Shown: one piece after another, positions 13,815-28,288 of the stretch | Layout: every line of letters begins with the position of its first letter | How positions within the stretch are numbered: position 1 is the stretch's first letter | Assembly (NCBI RefSeq): GCF_006345805.1 | Contig: NC_042998.1 | Span: 62,496,001-62,560,000, forward strand | Source: Octopus sinensis | Taxonomy: Eukaryota | Reading direction: 5' to 3' | DNA: 64,000 bases | Position numbers and translations under genes: made by a program | Notes under the pieces: generated by a model | Databases searched by the model: none | What the model saw: only the letters and a program-made list of their open reading frames with translations | What the model was told of the DNA's origin: nothing

Positions 13815-14130
13815 GTCCGTATGTTGTAGCGACGAGGATTCTAGCTGATCCGATCAACGGAACAGCCTGCTCACGAAATTAAGATGCAAATGGTTGAGCA
13901 CTCGACAGTCACGCGTACTCTTAACGTAGTTTTCAGGGAGATTCAGAGTGACACAGAATGTGACAAGACTGGCCCTTTGAAATACAGGTACTACTCATTT
14001 TTGCCAGCTGAGTGGACTGGAGCAACGTGAAATAAAGTGTCTTACTCAAGCCGACAATGTGCTGCCGGGAACTCATGGTATTACGATCGTTAACCTAATA
14101 CACAAACTGATAATTCACACACCTTCACTT
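13815..14130 (-). mobile_element. SINE family C copy
   Basis: Near full-length match to the 2745 and 36903 copies. Confidence 0.8.
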
Positions 14131-14816
14131 CACACGCTCATACACTCACACACACTCATACATGCATACACGCACACGCATGTATAATATTTCAGACACA
14201 TTGATGAATACAGGTGACTGCTCGAAACCTTCAGATATGAGTAATCAATCTGGTTATCTGGTTTGCCAACACGCGATTGCAATAGACACCTCATACATGT
14301 AACTCAGGTCTGTATTGAGCACTTTGCACCGGAACACAAATCAACACTACCCACACATCCTTACACATTCTAGCCTGCACACACCATATATGTATACGAC
14401 TGGCTGAAGAAGATTTTTGCAGCAACGTACCACAACCACTGGTTCACTGACGTCATATTTATTCAATACGTTACCTCCATTGTTTATACAGCAGCCCTTT
14501 CTTCTCCGCTGAATTATATATTTGTTTACCTTTCTACTTACACTCCCTTGAAAATATATTTGTATTTCTTCCTCTTGTCATGCAACATATATTTCATCAG
14601 GCACTGACCATGTATTGCCGAACGATTCCTTCCCAGAATTGCAACCGTATCATATGGAATTATACATACATACATGCATGCATGCATACATACATACATA
14701 CATACATACATACATACATACATACATCATATATATATACATACATACATATATATATATAAGGAAAAGGGAGGAAGAGAATTTCGATTATCCCTACGTG
14801 GTGAGTTGTAATGCAA

Positions 14817-14864
<48 letters not shown>

Positions 14865-16159
14865 AAATAAAGAAGGAAAATGCACATAGTTTACATCATT
14901 TTAATATATTTTTAAAATGTGTTTTATAAATGAAAGAGTATTGTATTTGTCGACCGGTTTCGCTTTCGCATTTCATGACGTTGAAATTATTGAAATTATT
15001 GTAATTACAATAATTATTATGATAATTATTATAATTATTGTAATGCTTGTAATTATTATGGACTTCTCTCCTTGTTTGAATAGGAATTCCGAAGCTTCCT
15101 GCATGCTAGGGCATGTTCCACAGTTTGGATGTCACATTTTTTAACCTCTAACATACTAAGGGAAACAAAACGTAACACCACATCTCAAAACACTGCTGTA
15201 TATATATATAAACTAACAGCCCTAGAAATAATAAAGCATGCAATACTATTGTACAAAATTTACCTATGCTCACTCGGTATCCAAAAATGAACAACATTCT
15301 GAAAACAAATAATCAATCTTAAAAAGCAACACAAATCGCCGAAAAGACTTCTGATAAATGCAAAGATTTACACAACAACCACGATACCAATAGTTAAAGA
15401 ATGTGGACGTCCAAACTGGGGAACATGCCCCAACATGCAGGAAGGCTCAGAAATCCCTATTCAAACAAGGAGAGAGGTTTACAATTAAAACCAATTTCAT
15501 TTGTACCTCCGAGAATCTAATTTATGTTATAACTTGTTCCGCCTGTGGGCATGACTATATAGGACAGACAAGTATGACACTTAGACGGGGGACCACAATA
15601 CATAAGGAACAGATATGTTTACCACAGTACAGACAGATTCCTTTGAGTGAACACATAGAGAGATGTGCGGGTAATATACACAGTTTTCCCCATCTGCCAG
15701 TGCAAAGAACCAATTTCTGTGCAAGAGCGTTTAAATACAGAAAATTTATTTATTGAAAAATAGAGAACACGCCTAAATATGAACGCGTTTTTGATCACAG
15801 TATATATTTTAATTCATGTTTACATGCACATCACAGTAGATATTTCATCTCACTGCTTTAGCTTTTGAGTTTGTGTATGTTTATTTACCTCTCCCCCTAA
15901 AATGAGCATTTACCCCCACTGTCCCAAATAATGACGATTACCAATTACCTCCCTTAGATTTTTCTACCACTTGATTCATTTCATTCACAAATCCCCATAC
16001 ACAACATGGACTAAAATCTTCTTAAGAAAATACGATATTACAATAATTTCAATGTCATGATTAGCGACAGCGAAACCGGTTGACAAACACAATACTATTT
16101 AACTAACAAAATATATTAGAAAATATATTAAAATTATGTAAACAGTATACGTTTTCCTT

Positions 16160-16163
<4 letters not shown>
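14865..16163 (+). mobile_element. Penelope-like element relic: GIY-YIG endonuclease region flanked by inverted terminal repeats
   Basis: ORF 15403-15756 CTSENLIYVITCSACGHDYIGQTS...H is GIY-YIG-like. 14865-15005 is inverted relative to 16035-16163. Both ends abut (TA)n. Confidence 0.85.
16053..16085 (+). ncRNA. Minimal hammerhead-like motif, A3:U8 variant (degenerate inverted copy at 14948-14980)
   Basis: tgtc-ATGATTA-gc(gaca)gc-GAA-ACCGGT-T-gaca. The inverted copy reads cgtc-ATGAAAT-gc(gaaa)gc-GAA-ACCGGT-C-gaca. Confidence 0.55.
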
Positions 16164-16202
<39 letters not shown>

Positions 16203-16389
16203 GGTGGGTTAAAGAAGGGATATATTATCCGGGCAGACACCGTGGGAGCTCTCAGTTAGGTTCCAGGTTACGGCTAACTGCATAGATTAGTATTTAACAT
16301 TATGTCACTACTAGACTACTAGGAGTTGTCACTCACGCTGTAAATTCCTCCAATAGGTATATATATATATATTATATATATATATATAG

Positions 16390-16870
16390 TTAATCCAAAC
16401 ATGAAAACACAAAGAGAAAAGACAACAACGCGAGGACGTGGAACAAGTATAGTGTTATCTGACAGTCAGGAAAGGAAAGAAAGAAAGAGGACTTAACATT
16501 TCGAACGGAGCTCTTCGTCAGAAACATAGAAAAAGGAAAGATCCAAGGAAGGGAAAACGGAGGAAAAAATCACCAGCGATACACACGCGGTCACATATTG
16601 AATGACCGGAAAAGAATGGGTGAAGAAAAAGTTCTTTCAAAGACAGGAGAGTGCAAGAGAAAGAGGTATGTGTGTATGAGTGGGTATGTGCGTGCGCGCA
16701 AGTCTGCGTGTGCGTATGTGTGTGTGTGTAATGATAGGACGTGTGTCTCTGTATGTGTGTGTGGTTGTGGCTGATAATCTGTGTGTGGTTGGGTTTAGTA
16801 TCGTTTAAGGACATAGGAGGAATTTATAGTAGGAGTGGCTCCTGTGGTGTGTCTACCTACACATGTGCGT
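16390..16870 (-). mobile_element. PLE-type element 3' end with a canonical hammerhead motif at 16492-16524
   Basis: Minus strand ttt-CTGACGA-a-gagc(tcc)gttc-GAA-ATGT-T-aag. A related terminal fragment lies at 58140-58235. Abuts (TA)n. Confidence 0.6.
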
Positions 16871-16904
16871 AGGAGAATGGACAGTGGAAGGTACTGGTAG
16901 TTTG

Positions 16905-18020
16905 AAGTGTGTGTGTGTGTATGTATGTATATGTAGTTAGGGTTTTATTTGCAGTGTGTGTGTGTGTTTGTGTAAGTATGTGTGTGTTCGTGCGTGTATG
17001 TGTGTATGCGTAGGGGTTGTGTATGTAGGGAATAACTGTGCTTTACTTTGTGTATGCGTATGTGTGTATGCTCGTATGTACGTATGTGTGTATACATGTA
17101 TGTATAATTGTGTGCGTATATGTATGAGTGTGCTGTGTGTGTATGGGAGGTATGTGTGGGTTCATTTGCGTGTGCGTGTGTCTGCGTGTATGTATGTGCG
17201 TGTAGTTGTGTGTGCGTGTATGTGTGCGTGTGTATGTGTGAGTATGTGTGTGCATGTGTACATATGTGGGTGTATATACGTGTATGCGTGGGGTTGTGAG
17301 TGTTAGGTATGTGTGCATTCGTGTGCGTGTGTGCGTCCGTATGTGTGCGCATTTTTGTGTGTGCGTGTGTGTGTCTGTGTCTATACGTGTATGAAGCTGT
17401 GCGTGTATGCGTGTGTGCGCGGATGGTGTGTGTGTGTGGGGGTTTTGTGGGGTTTGTGTAGGCGTACTGCGCGTACCTGTGTGTATGTGCGTGCGTGTGC
17501 TTGTATGTGTGCTTACGTGTGTGTGTGCGTGTATGTGCGTGTGTGTTTGTGCCCATGTGTGTATAATTGTGTGAGTGTTTATATGTGCATTGTGTGTTGG
17601 AGGTATATGTGCGAACCTATGCTAGTGTGTGTGTATGTACGTGTGTATATGTGTGCGTGCGTGTATTATGTGCGTATGTGTATATGTGCATGTGTGTGTA
17701 TGTGCGTGTGTGCATGTGTGTATGTGCGTGCGTGTGTATATGTGTGTGTGAACGTGGAGATGTGTGTCGGGTTATGTGTGCATTTTGTTGTGTGTATGCA
17801 CGTGTACTTGAGTATGTGTGTGTATGTGGTTGTGTGTACGTTTATATCTGTGTGTGTCTAAAGGTATGTGTGTCTGTGTGTGTGAGGTTGTTTGGGATAT
17901 GTATCAGTGCATTCCTGTGCGTGTGTCTATGTGTGCGTATATATGTGCATGTATGTATGTTGTATGTGTGTGGTGTGGGAGGTATATGTGCGTTCGTGGA
18001 TACGTACGTGTGAGCGTGTA
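16905..18020. repeat. ~1.1-kb degenerate (GT)/(GTAT)/(GCGT) array
   Basis: Continuous imperfect TG-rich microsatellite. Confidence 0.9.
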
Positions 18021-18219
18021 TATAGAAATAACAACAATAATTTATAAAAACAATATATTATAAACAATAGAAAACAAAAATTATAAAACAATAAGATAAT
18101 GTTTGAAAGGAGATAAGGAAGTTAATGTAATATATATGATGCAATTACAAGTAAAAAAATGAAAAATGAGAAAAGAAATTAAGTTGCTTGTTGCGGGAGG
18201 TGTAGAGGCGGTCACTAGG

Positions 18220-18259
<40 letters not shown>

Positions 18260-18319
18260 TAAGGAGATGTACTTGCATAGCGAGTGACCTGATCTGAGAT
18301 CGTGTGCTGGAAAGAAAAC

Positions 18320-18530
18320 AATTGCAGCGTGGAAGGTGTTTAGAAGCCATTTAAGAAACACACAAAACCGTTAGATTCACTTCAACGTTAAATTTAATTT
18401 GTCAAAATATTTTCGTCGCTTTGAAACCGCGACCTGTTCACTGACAAAGCTTCATGCTGCATCTGTTTTGCATCTGTTCCGGTTTTGTGTGTTTCTTAAA
18501 TGGCTTATAAACACCTTCCACGCTGCAATT
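18320..18530. mobile_element. Short fold-back element with ~50-bp inverted arms, PLE-type
   Basis: aattgcagcgtggaaggtgttt...cacaaaaccg (18320-18370) is inverted at 18480-18530. Another arm copy is at ~55470-55540. Confidence 0.75.
18398..18448 (-). ncRNA. Minimal type I hammerhead motif, G3:C8 variant
   Basis: Minus strand tttgtca-GTGAACA-g-gtcgc(ggtttcaaa)gcgac-GAA-AATATT-T-tgacaaa: perfect 7-bp stem I, 5-bp stem II, palindromic stem III. Confidence 0.7.
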
Positions 18531-18732
18531 ATTTATATAAATTAAATTAGAGATAAAACCACTAGTAGGCAACTCAAACAGTGATAGACATAAAACCAAA
18601 ACATAAAAAACAAAAAATAAATATAATTAATATAATATATAATATATATATAAAATATAAAATTGAAAATTTAAATTATAAATTTAAAACATTTTAAAAT
18701 TTATATCTTTAAATTTTTATATTTTAAATTTA

Positions 18733-18779
<47 letters not shown>

Positions 18780-18781
18780 AT

Positions 18782-18816
<35 letters not shown>

Positions 18817-19412
18817 GTATATATGTAGCAGAATAGGCAAAAGAAAGTTCTTGGTTCAGTATTATATATTTGAAAAAATTAGTAGAGATGGCTTTCATCC
18901 CCCAAAATCCATCTCTGCTAATTTTTCAAATATATATATACGCATATATTTGAATGGATGAAAGAAATATCGTCAGAAAATGAAGACAGCAGCGGCTATA
19001 TATCTAAAATCTTTGACATTAATGATTGAACACGTAAAAACTAAAATTCCTGCCCCAAGGTCATCGTGAAGCTAAACTAAAACATACGCGCTCAAGGTGT
19101 CGTGCAGTGGAAGCGATCCCGGAATGACGAAACTATACCTTCGTGAATTTGATTTAGGAATACATTTTTGAGAAAGAAGACAAGAACGTTAGCGTCCCAC
19201 ATAATTGTTTGTGAATATGTCTTCCCTTCAAATAATTTTACAACATGAACAATATATAAAAGGCCAGGTCTTGTTCCGTTTTTCATCTTATTTATTCTAA
19301 TTTTAAAAGGCAACACACACTCTCTCTCTCTCACACACACACATTCATCTGTGTGTGTATATACATATATTTATATATACACTCACACACATATGTATAT
19401 GTATGTATGTAC

Positions 19413-19490
<78 letters not shown>

Positions 19491-20189
19491 GTATCGTTAC
19501 ACAGTTTTCACACAAGAACGTTCTTGAATATATCGATATTTTTATTGACATTTATCGCATAGTTAGTTGATCGCCAAAAAATTTATAATATTTAAAAATA
19601 AAAAATAAAAGAACATAAGCATAAAAAATGAAAAAAATGAAAAGAATGAAATAAACAAATAAATAAAATATTGTGTATTTTTTAAAAATAAAAGATGAAA
19701 AACCTCAGACATTTTCAACCATTTTTGTCAGAAAAAAAACCCAAAAATGAAAATGTAATAAATATTAAAATATAAATAATTGAACAATTTTTCTCAAATA
19801 AAACATAAATAAATATAAAAAGCAAAAAATGTAATATTTTTTTTGAATATGTAATTTCTTCTAAAATTGGTAGTTTCCTCTCGTTATTTATTTCTTGAAA
19901 AATATATATTTTTGTTGTAATATATGAATATATAAAGCTTGATATAACACTTTCGTTGTAATCTCTGAATATAGAAAAATTCAATATAATAATTTTGTTT
20001 TCTATTTATTATTATTTATTTTTATTATTTATTATTCATTGTTATTTCTCAGTGGAAAGTGAGGGTGAAAAATGTCTCAAATACCGTTGAAAAAGCTATG
20101 CCCTAACGTTTTTCTCCCTACCGATAAATACAAAATAAGAAACTTCATCGAAGGTTGCTTCTCTCTCTCTCTCCTCTTTCTCCTGCGCG

Positions 20190-20190
20190 T

Positions 20191-20243
<53 letters not shown>

Positions 20244-20400
20244 TATTTATATACATACGTGTATATATATATACATATATATATATGTATATATATATGT
20301 ATATATGTATATAAATACATATAAAATACATACATGCATACACATATATATGTATGTATATATATATGTATCTATGGATATATATGTATATATATATATG

Positions 20401-20492
<92 letters not shown>

Positions 20493-20890
20493 TATATGTG
20501 TATATACGTATGCACGTATAGTTTTTTGATAATTTTTCCGTTAACTTCGTGAGAGATGATCACAACTATCAATGTATTTTATAAGATTTTTGAAATAAGA
20601 GTTTTAAAAAAGGGCATTATTAATCGCATGCCACGTTCATCCTCACCACCACAACCATCATCATCCTCATCATCCTCATCATCGTCGTCGTCGTCATCAT
20701 AAGCATCATCATCATAATCATCATTATCATGATTATCATCACCATCACCACCATTGCTATCATTATTATTACTTTTACAACTATCAACATCATAATCTGC
20801 ATCACCACAATCTCCATCATCATTATCGAGAAAAATTATCCCACTATTATTCTTTATTATTCAATTACTATTTTTATCATCATCATCATC

Positions 20891-20944
<54 letters not shown>

Positions 20945-21013
20945 GTTGTTGTTGTTGTTGTTGTTGTTATTATTATTATATTATTATGATTATCATCATC
21001 ATCATCGTCGTCG

Positions 21014-21065
<52 letters not shown>

Positions 21066-21365
21066 TATCTTCATCATCATCGTTTTCGTCATCTTCTACA
21101 TCATCATCGTCATTGTTATTAATAGCAATTATTATTAATACTGTAATACTTTTCGTTACTGTTGTTGTTGTTGTTGTTATACGATTGTTATTTTCCACTA
21201 CTATATGTTATACACATTTTGTTTCGCTTTTTTTTTTAGTTATCATTATGCACTCGAGTAAACAGACGATTTCCAAACAATGTATAATTATCGGAGTGAG
21301 GGAGAAGAGAGGAAAAAAAAATCAACCCCCCCACAAAAAAAAGAAACGCAACGCTTCCACTCGAA

Positions 21366-21424
<59 letters not shown>

Positions 21425-22111
21425 ACTAGCACAAAATAAGCAAAAAATACTAACATAAAACAATAAAAAGAGGCAAGATATGAAAATATATCAAATAAAA
21501 AAAAGAATTCTTTGAAGCGAAATAAATATAAAGTTAGAAAATTCTTCAAGCGTTCCATAACTACTGTATATTGTAGAAATCGACACTAATTGTTTTTGTT
21601 TTTGTTTTTTCTAGTTGTTGCTGTTGTTGTTTTTTCTAACCAATAATATCTTGATGCTATTGTTTCTTGTTACGTTTATATTCTATAATTATGTATTTTT
21701 GCTTGTGTTTTTATATCCGTACAAAGCAGCACATATGGGCAGTTTTGTTGTTGTTGTTGTTGTTGGTTGTTGTTGTCGTTGTTGTTGGTGGAGTTGTTGT
21801 TGTGGTGCTGTTTCAGTTCTTTAGTTGGTGCAAACTCTTGTGGAACAAGTTAAATGTGTATGTTCATGTATGTACATATAACTGTATATGTATACATACA
21901 TACATACATAAATACGTACGTACACACGCAGATATAAGTATAGAGACATATATGTAGATGCATGTGCGTATGTATAATATATATATATATATATATATGT
22001 ATGTATTTGGATATCTATGTACGTGTGTATATTTATGTATCTGTGCGTGCATGTCTATATATACGTATGCATATGTGTAACTATATATATATATATACGT
22101 ATGTATGTGTC

Positions 22112-22191
<80 letters not shown>

Positions 22192-22334
22192 TGCGTGCAT
22201 GTGTGTATAATGTATGTGTATGCATGTGTATACCTTTATTTGTGTATGCATGAATGAATATTTCGGTATAAGTATGCAATTGTGTATTATACGCATGTAT
22301 TTATACATGTGCGTATATGTGTTTGTATGAAAAT

Positions 22335-22423
<89 letters not shown>

Positions 22424-22720
22424 CATATACATATATGTCTGTATGTATATATGTATGAGAGTATGATTATCAGTATATTATGTATTCGTGTGTATTTTTG
22501 TAAATATGCATGCTTGAATGCTTTTGTACGTGTGTATGTATATATATATATGTATATAAATACGTATATGTTTATATATATGTATTTGTATTATGTATGC
22601 ATCTATCTACCAATCTCTCTATCTATCTATATATGTATAAATATGTATGTATGTATATATTATATATAATACAAACATATATATACATATTTGTATATAT
22701 ATTGTTGTATATATAGATAC

Positions 22721-22789
<69 letters not shown>

Positions 22790-23131
22790 CATACATCATA
22801 CATATATTATATATATATATATACATATACCTATATTATAGACACATATCTTGATGTAAATCAAGAGCATCACATTTGCCTAGAGAACAACATGCCCAGT
22901 GAGATTCCCTTATCAGATATAATAACATCGTGCGAGAACTACCAGCGAATAAATCATTGAGATTGTAAATAGAAGATAACTTTTTGCTTGGTTTCTTGTG
23001 TCTTTTTATCAATATATATAATCTATAACACATACATACACGCATACAAATACACACACACACACACGCACACACACATGCACATACATATACATATGTA
23101 TTATACATGTAGATGATATACATACTTTATA

Positions 23132-23163
<32 letters not shown>

Positions 23164-23315
23164 ACACACACATATATACATATATTCATACAGGACACGT
23201 TATCTCTCTCCTCCCAGTATAGATGCATATATATGTTTCTCCCTGCTCCTCTCTTTATTTATATAATAATATATATATATATATATATATGTATATACAC
23301 AAATATGTATATACA

Positions 23316-23366
<51 letters not shown>

Positions 23367-23395
23367 TCAATATATATCTATCTATGTATATATGC

Positions 23396-23471
<76 letters not shown>

Positions 23472-23530
23472 TGCCCACACATTGATTATAAACGTCTATA
23501 TACAAACATACATGCATACTAAATATATGT
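20190..23530. repeat. Compound microsatellite field: (TA)n, (CAT)n, (TTA)n, (TTG)n, (TG)n
   Basis: Directly visible. All ORFs here are low-complexity. Confidence 0.9.
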
Positions 23531-25002
23531 AGACATATATGAGCGTAATCGTTAGCAGAGATTCAAAAGAATTATTAAAAAATGGACAACATGAATCATA
23601 TAAGCATAACACTTCTATGGTTTAGAACAAGAAGCAACCTCACTGCAGATGAAAATTGCAACATGTTTTCGATTCGTACTGTTATCAGTTTTACTCCACT
23701 TATGCCAATAATCTTTTCGGAGAAAGCATGTTAGTTTTAGTATTGAAACCTCCCTTTATCTCAGATATATATTGCCTCTTTGTCTAGTTAAAAGTCACCA
23801 TTACCATTGCCATAACTGTTATGAAACTTGAATGAAACTGATGGTGATAGTGTAGTAGAAATGGTAAAATCTCGGAATAGTGATGCTGCCATACAACATT
23901 GTCTGTTTATACTCCCAGCAATAAAATCCTAGCACATGCTTTCTGTTTTATATTCGCGTTGTGAGTCTAGTTAATCGAATGTATTCCTATGTACCTACGT
24001 GAGAATTGCTTATGGGCTAAGTAGTATGAGTAGCTAACTCGAGCAACGAGAGAAACTAAGGTCACTTGATAGAGTTTAGGTTATCAGTTCGTTGGTCATT
24101 TACTCATAATCGCCAGTGACTTCTGCCGTGTCCGTTCTATTACTTGTCATATATTTTTCAATTCTTTTTATTCTTTTCATGAATGAAATTTACTTTTCAT
24201 TTTAAAATTCTGTAATTTGAATTAAATAACCAAAAATAATATACTCGGTATGGATGTAAAAGACATAAAAGAAAATGATCGCACATTTTCCATCTCAAAG
24301 TCTACGCCTTGTTGTGATGTGGTGGTTTGTTTGCCTGACTGACCTTGAGAACCATGCAAGGGTCTCCCATGTAAGATAAGCCAAAGGATATAGGCTAGAT
24401 TTTTGGATAGATTCCAGAGGTAAAATGGGTTTGCGTGGGACCAACTGCAAGTTGCAGAAGCATCAATTACAGTTCAAAACTAAAAAAAGAGGAAAAAAAC
24501 ATGGGAAAAGAAATTTTTCCTCAGCGGAACCTAAGTAGAGCTGAGAAAGCAGGGATCCACTTCGTGAAAAGCAGAAAAGACTGCCCTGAGTCTAAAACAG
24601 TAGAGGAAAGTAGTCGATCGCCTATACTCTATAGGGAAGGAAGGGTGTAAGGAAGCAAGGAAGTAAAGAAAGAGTATACAATATCTTGGATACAGGGATA
24701 ATTAATAATAATAATTTGAAATTGAATAGTTAACATTGTATAAGTCTCTGACTCCGCTGTTCTGGAATAATGTATTTATAGATTAATCGTCAACTTCCAC
24801 GACCCGTGGAAATTCCATAATTATTTTGCAAACCATAAAAATGTTCGGAAGTCTATAAGAAACCATAGAATTTATGCTTTCTTTTGAAATTGCATTTCAT
24901 TTGAAACATCTGCTTCTTTAGATGGTGACAAAGTCTTAGAATAACTTTAATATTCTATTTCTTCCCTCATCTAGTCATTGATTCTATTATTTCTCTTCTT
25001 TC

Positions 25003-25205
25003 TGGCAGAATCGTTACCGTGCTAGAAAAGTGATTAGCAGCATTCTGTTCGTCTTTGCATTCTACGTTCAAACTCCACCGAAGTTGACTTTGCCTTTCAT
25101 CCTTTCGGGATCGATAAAATAAGTACCAGTTGATTGCTGGGGTCGATGTAACCGATTTATCCTTGCCGAAACTGCGGTCCTTGTACCAAAATTTGAAGCC
25201 ATTAT
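25003..25205 (+). mobile_element. SINE family B copy
   Basis: ctggcagaatcgtta...gttgactttgcctttcatcctttcgggatcgataaa. Confidence 0.75.
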
Positions 25206-25251
25206 TTCCCCTCTTTCTTTTTTCTCTCCCTCTTCTATCTCTGTCTGTCTA

Positions 25252-25320
<69 letters not shown>

Positions 25321-25323
25321 TTA

Positions 25324-25403
<80 letters not shown>

Positions 25404-25882
25404 GGTTTGTCTGTTTGTCTATTTTGATTCATCTCTGTCACATATCCTCACCATAAATTCGGATTCATCAATATTGAGAATGAAACTAGACAAACTGAAA
25501 CCACATGGAAGCCTGCCAGATACCTTATACATAAAATCCGAAGAACCAGCCTGGTCACATGGTTATTGCGTGTTGACTTTAGTGAAGGTCACTGCCCGAA
25601 CCGTTGGACTTTGCCTTTTCTTCATCTATCTTCGATCTGTTTGTATTCACTGTTCGCTGACGCCAATCATCACCACTTTATCGGATGGTTCTCTTTACTA
25701 AAATGTATCTACTGTTACTAGTTAAATTCAGCTAACAAGGATATGACTTTCGTCGGTTGCAACGATGATCTTTCAGTTGTTCGATTGACTGAACATCCGA
25801 CTCATTGAATTAACTTGTAAGTGGCTGAGTATTCCATGGACACGTGTCCTTAATACAATTCCCACACCAAAGCAGTGTGACA

Positions 25883-25982
25883 NNNNNNNNNNNNNNNNNN
25901 NNNNNNNNNNNNNNNNNNNNNNNNNNNNNNNNNNNNNNNNNNNNNNNNNNNNNNNNNNNNNNNNNNNNNNNNNNNNNNNNNN
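25883..25982. other. Assembly gap (100 N)
   Basis: Run of N; SINE C-like sequence lies to its left. Confidence 0.99.
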
Positions 25983-26311
25983 ATATTCATTTGATGTTTA
26001 CCCCATTGCATTCCCAATGCTTGATCAACTTGCGACTGTCGTAAAGACAATAGCCTAAGATAGTTATTTAGTAGAATTGAACCAGGGAACTCATGATTGC
26101 GAAATGAACAGCTTAACTATTCAGCTATGCTTGTATCCGCTCCAATGAAGATTCATACAAGAAACGACACAGTCTTATGACGAGTCAACTGAAGATATAT
26201 TTTCCTTATGTACTCACTACACTTGTTGAAAATAAAATCTTTGTTTTCACTCATAAGTGACTATGACCACGATTAAACCACTTTTTTGCTTATTATTTTA
26301 GGTCTGTAAAG

Positions 26312-26710
26312 ATGACGAGCTGGAAGAATCGTTAGCAACGCCGGGCGAAATACGTAGCCGTATTTCGTCTGCCGTTACGTTCTGAGTTCAAATTCCCGCG
26401 CGAGATCTATTTGCCTTTCATCCTTTCGTGGTCGATAAATTAAGTACCAGTTAAGCACTGGGGTCGATGTAATCGACTTAATCCGTTTGTCTGCTCTTGT
26501 TTGTCCTCTCTGTGTTTAACCCCTTGTGGGTAGTAAAGAAATAGGTAGTTCGCTCCTCGCAACTTTCTGAGTTCAAATTCCGCCAAGGTCGACTTTGCCT
26601 TTCATCCTTTCGGGGTCGATAAATTAAGCACCAGTTGCGGCCTGGGATCGATCGAATTGACTGACCCACTTCCTCAAATTTCAGACTTTGTGCCTATAGT
26701 AGAAAGGATT
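26312..26710 (+). mobile_element. Dimeric SINE family B
   Basis: A monomer ending ...ccccttgtgggtagtaaagaaata is followed directly by a headless second monomer ending ...tgtgcctatagtagaaaggatta. Confidence 0.8.
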
Positions 26711-26816
26711 ACTTTAGGTCTGTATTTAGTGGCGAACAGACACAAATACTTTGTCCAACCTTCAACATCGGTGTAACGCATCAAGATCGAAGAAGAGGGA
26801 GAGGAGAGAGAGAGAT

Positions 26817-26848
<32 letters not shown>

Positions 26849-26916
26849 TGAGAGAGTAGAGAAGAGGAGAGAGAGGGAAGTAAGAGAAGAGAGAGAGAGA
26901 GGAAGTAAGAGAGAGA

Positions 26917-26954
<38 letters not shown>

Positions 26955-27339
26955 GAGAGAGGGTGGGATGCACAAGTGTGAGGCTTGTACTCAATTACAG
27001 GTGAGTTTGACTGAAGCAACATGGAATACTGCTTGGTTCAGGAATCGAATCTACGACATTAAAATTGTGAGTCCGAACTCCTAATCATGTGGCTATGTAC
27101 CGTCACTGCTAGAAACAGTAGCAACTAAATTCCCTCTATCGCTCAGGCGTCTTTGAAAAGAACACATTAGATAATGAACGAGTTCCTAAGTAATATGTCT
27201 GAGAAAAATACTGGATAGCCATAACTAGAACGCTCTTGATCTGAGGCCTGACCAATCAGGGCTGACATGAAATATAACAGCAACAAAAACAAAACAATGA
27301 TGACGACCACAACAAAGACTACATGAACAAAAAGAACAA

Positions 27340-27600
27340 CAATTTCTTGGCGTCTCCTCGGCATTGGCCAGTCTCGTAACCGCAAGTATAATGGCGTCTA
27401 CTCCTTCGAGATGGACAACTCCGTACCTCCTCCGTTCAGGTATCTCCGAGACACTTGTCTTTCCATCTCTTGTCACCCTTGATGTATCTAGCCTTACCTT
27501 CAGGTTGGCACCAACCACTAGTCCTTCCTGCCCAGAACATCGCACCTCTGGAACCTTCTCATAGGCATGTCTTTCCAGCAGGTATTGGCTTGCAATAATT
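27340..27600 (-). mobile_element. Probable RTE-like LINE 3' remnant
   Basis: Minus-strand translation QPEGKARYIKGDKRWKDKCLGD resembles the RTE 'G.R..GR...RWKD' motif. Ends in a (TTG)-rich tail. Confidence 0.35.
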
Positions 27601-28090
27601 TAAAATGGAGAATTAATGGCAAAATATCAATGAGTGGCTTTAACAGAACAGCAGCGGTCATGGGCCCTACCTGTTCCTTCAGTCTCAGCAACTAGAAGAA
27701 AAAGAAAAAAAAAAAAGGGAAAGACACAAGCAGCGGCAGCAATTTTAGCAACAGTTGTTGCAATAGCAGCAGTAGCGGCACCGGCAGCACAAACGGCATC
27801 AGAAGCAGTAGCAGCTGCAGCACTGATAGCAGTCGTAGCAGCAGCAACGGTCGCAGCAACATCAGGTGTAGCAACAAGACCATTGATTATCATGGTAAAG
27901 CGTACAGTCTCATTATAAGTCAGCCATTTTAAAACTAAAGTCTTTTTTTTTTAGCCGATTCGATTTTGGCCCGCAACTTAGCACAGCGGCTGCAGCAGCA
28001 GCAGTAGCAGTAGTAGTAGCGGGAAACGAACCATCGATGTTTTGGCCAGTAAATTAACATACTAACTCTACTACAATCAGTGGTTCTCGG

Positions 28091-28288
<198 letters not shown>

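Noticed and set aside
14195-14240. Hammerhead-like TTGATGA...ctgctcGAAAcc
   Set aside because: Stem II base and stem I do not pair; too degenerate to call.
25560-25670. RT-like words (GLCLFFIY / YSLFAD)
   Set aside because: Possibly an old CR1/Jockey RT remnant, but too short and frameshifted to call.
27627-27918. Ala-rich ORFs on both strands
   Set aside because: Derived from degenerate GCA repeats; no domain or splice support.
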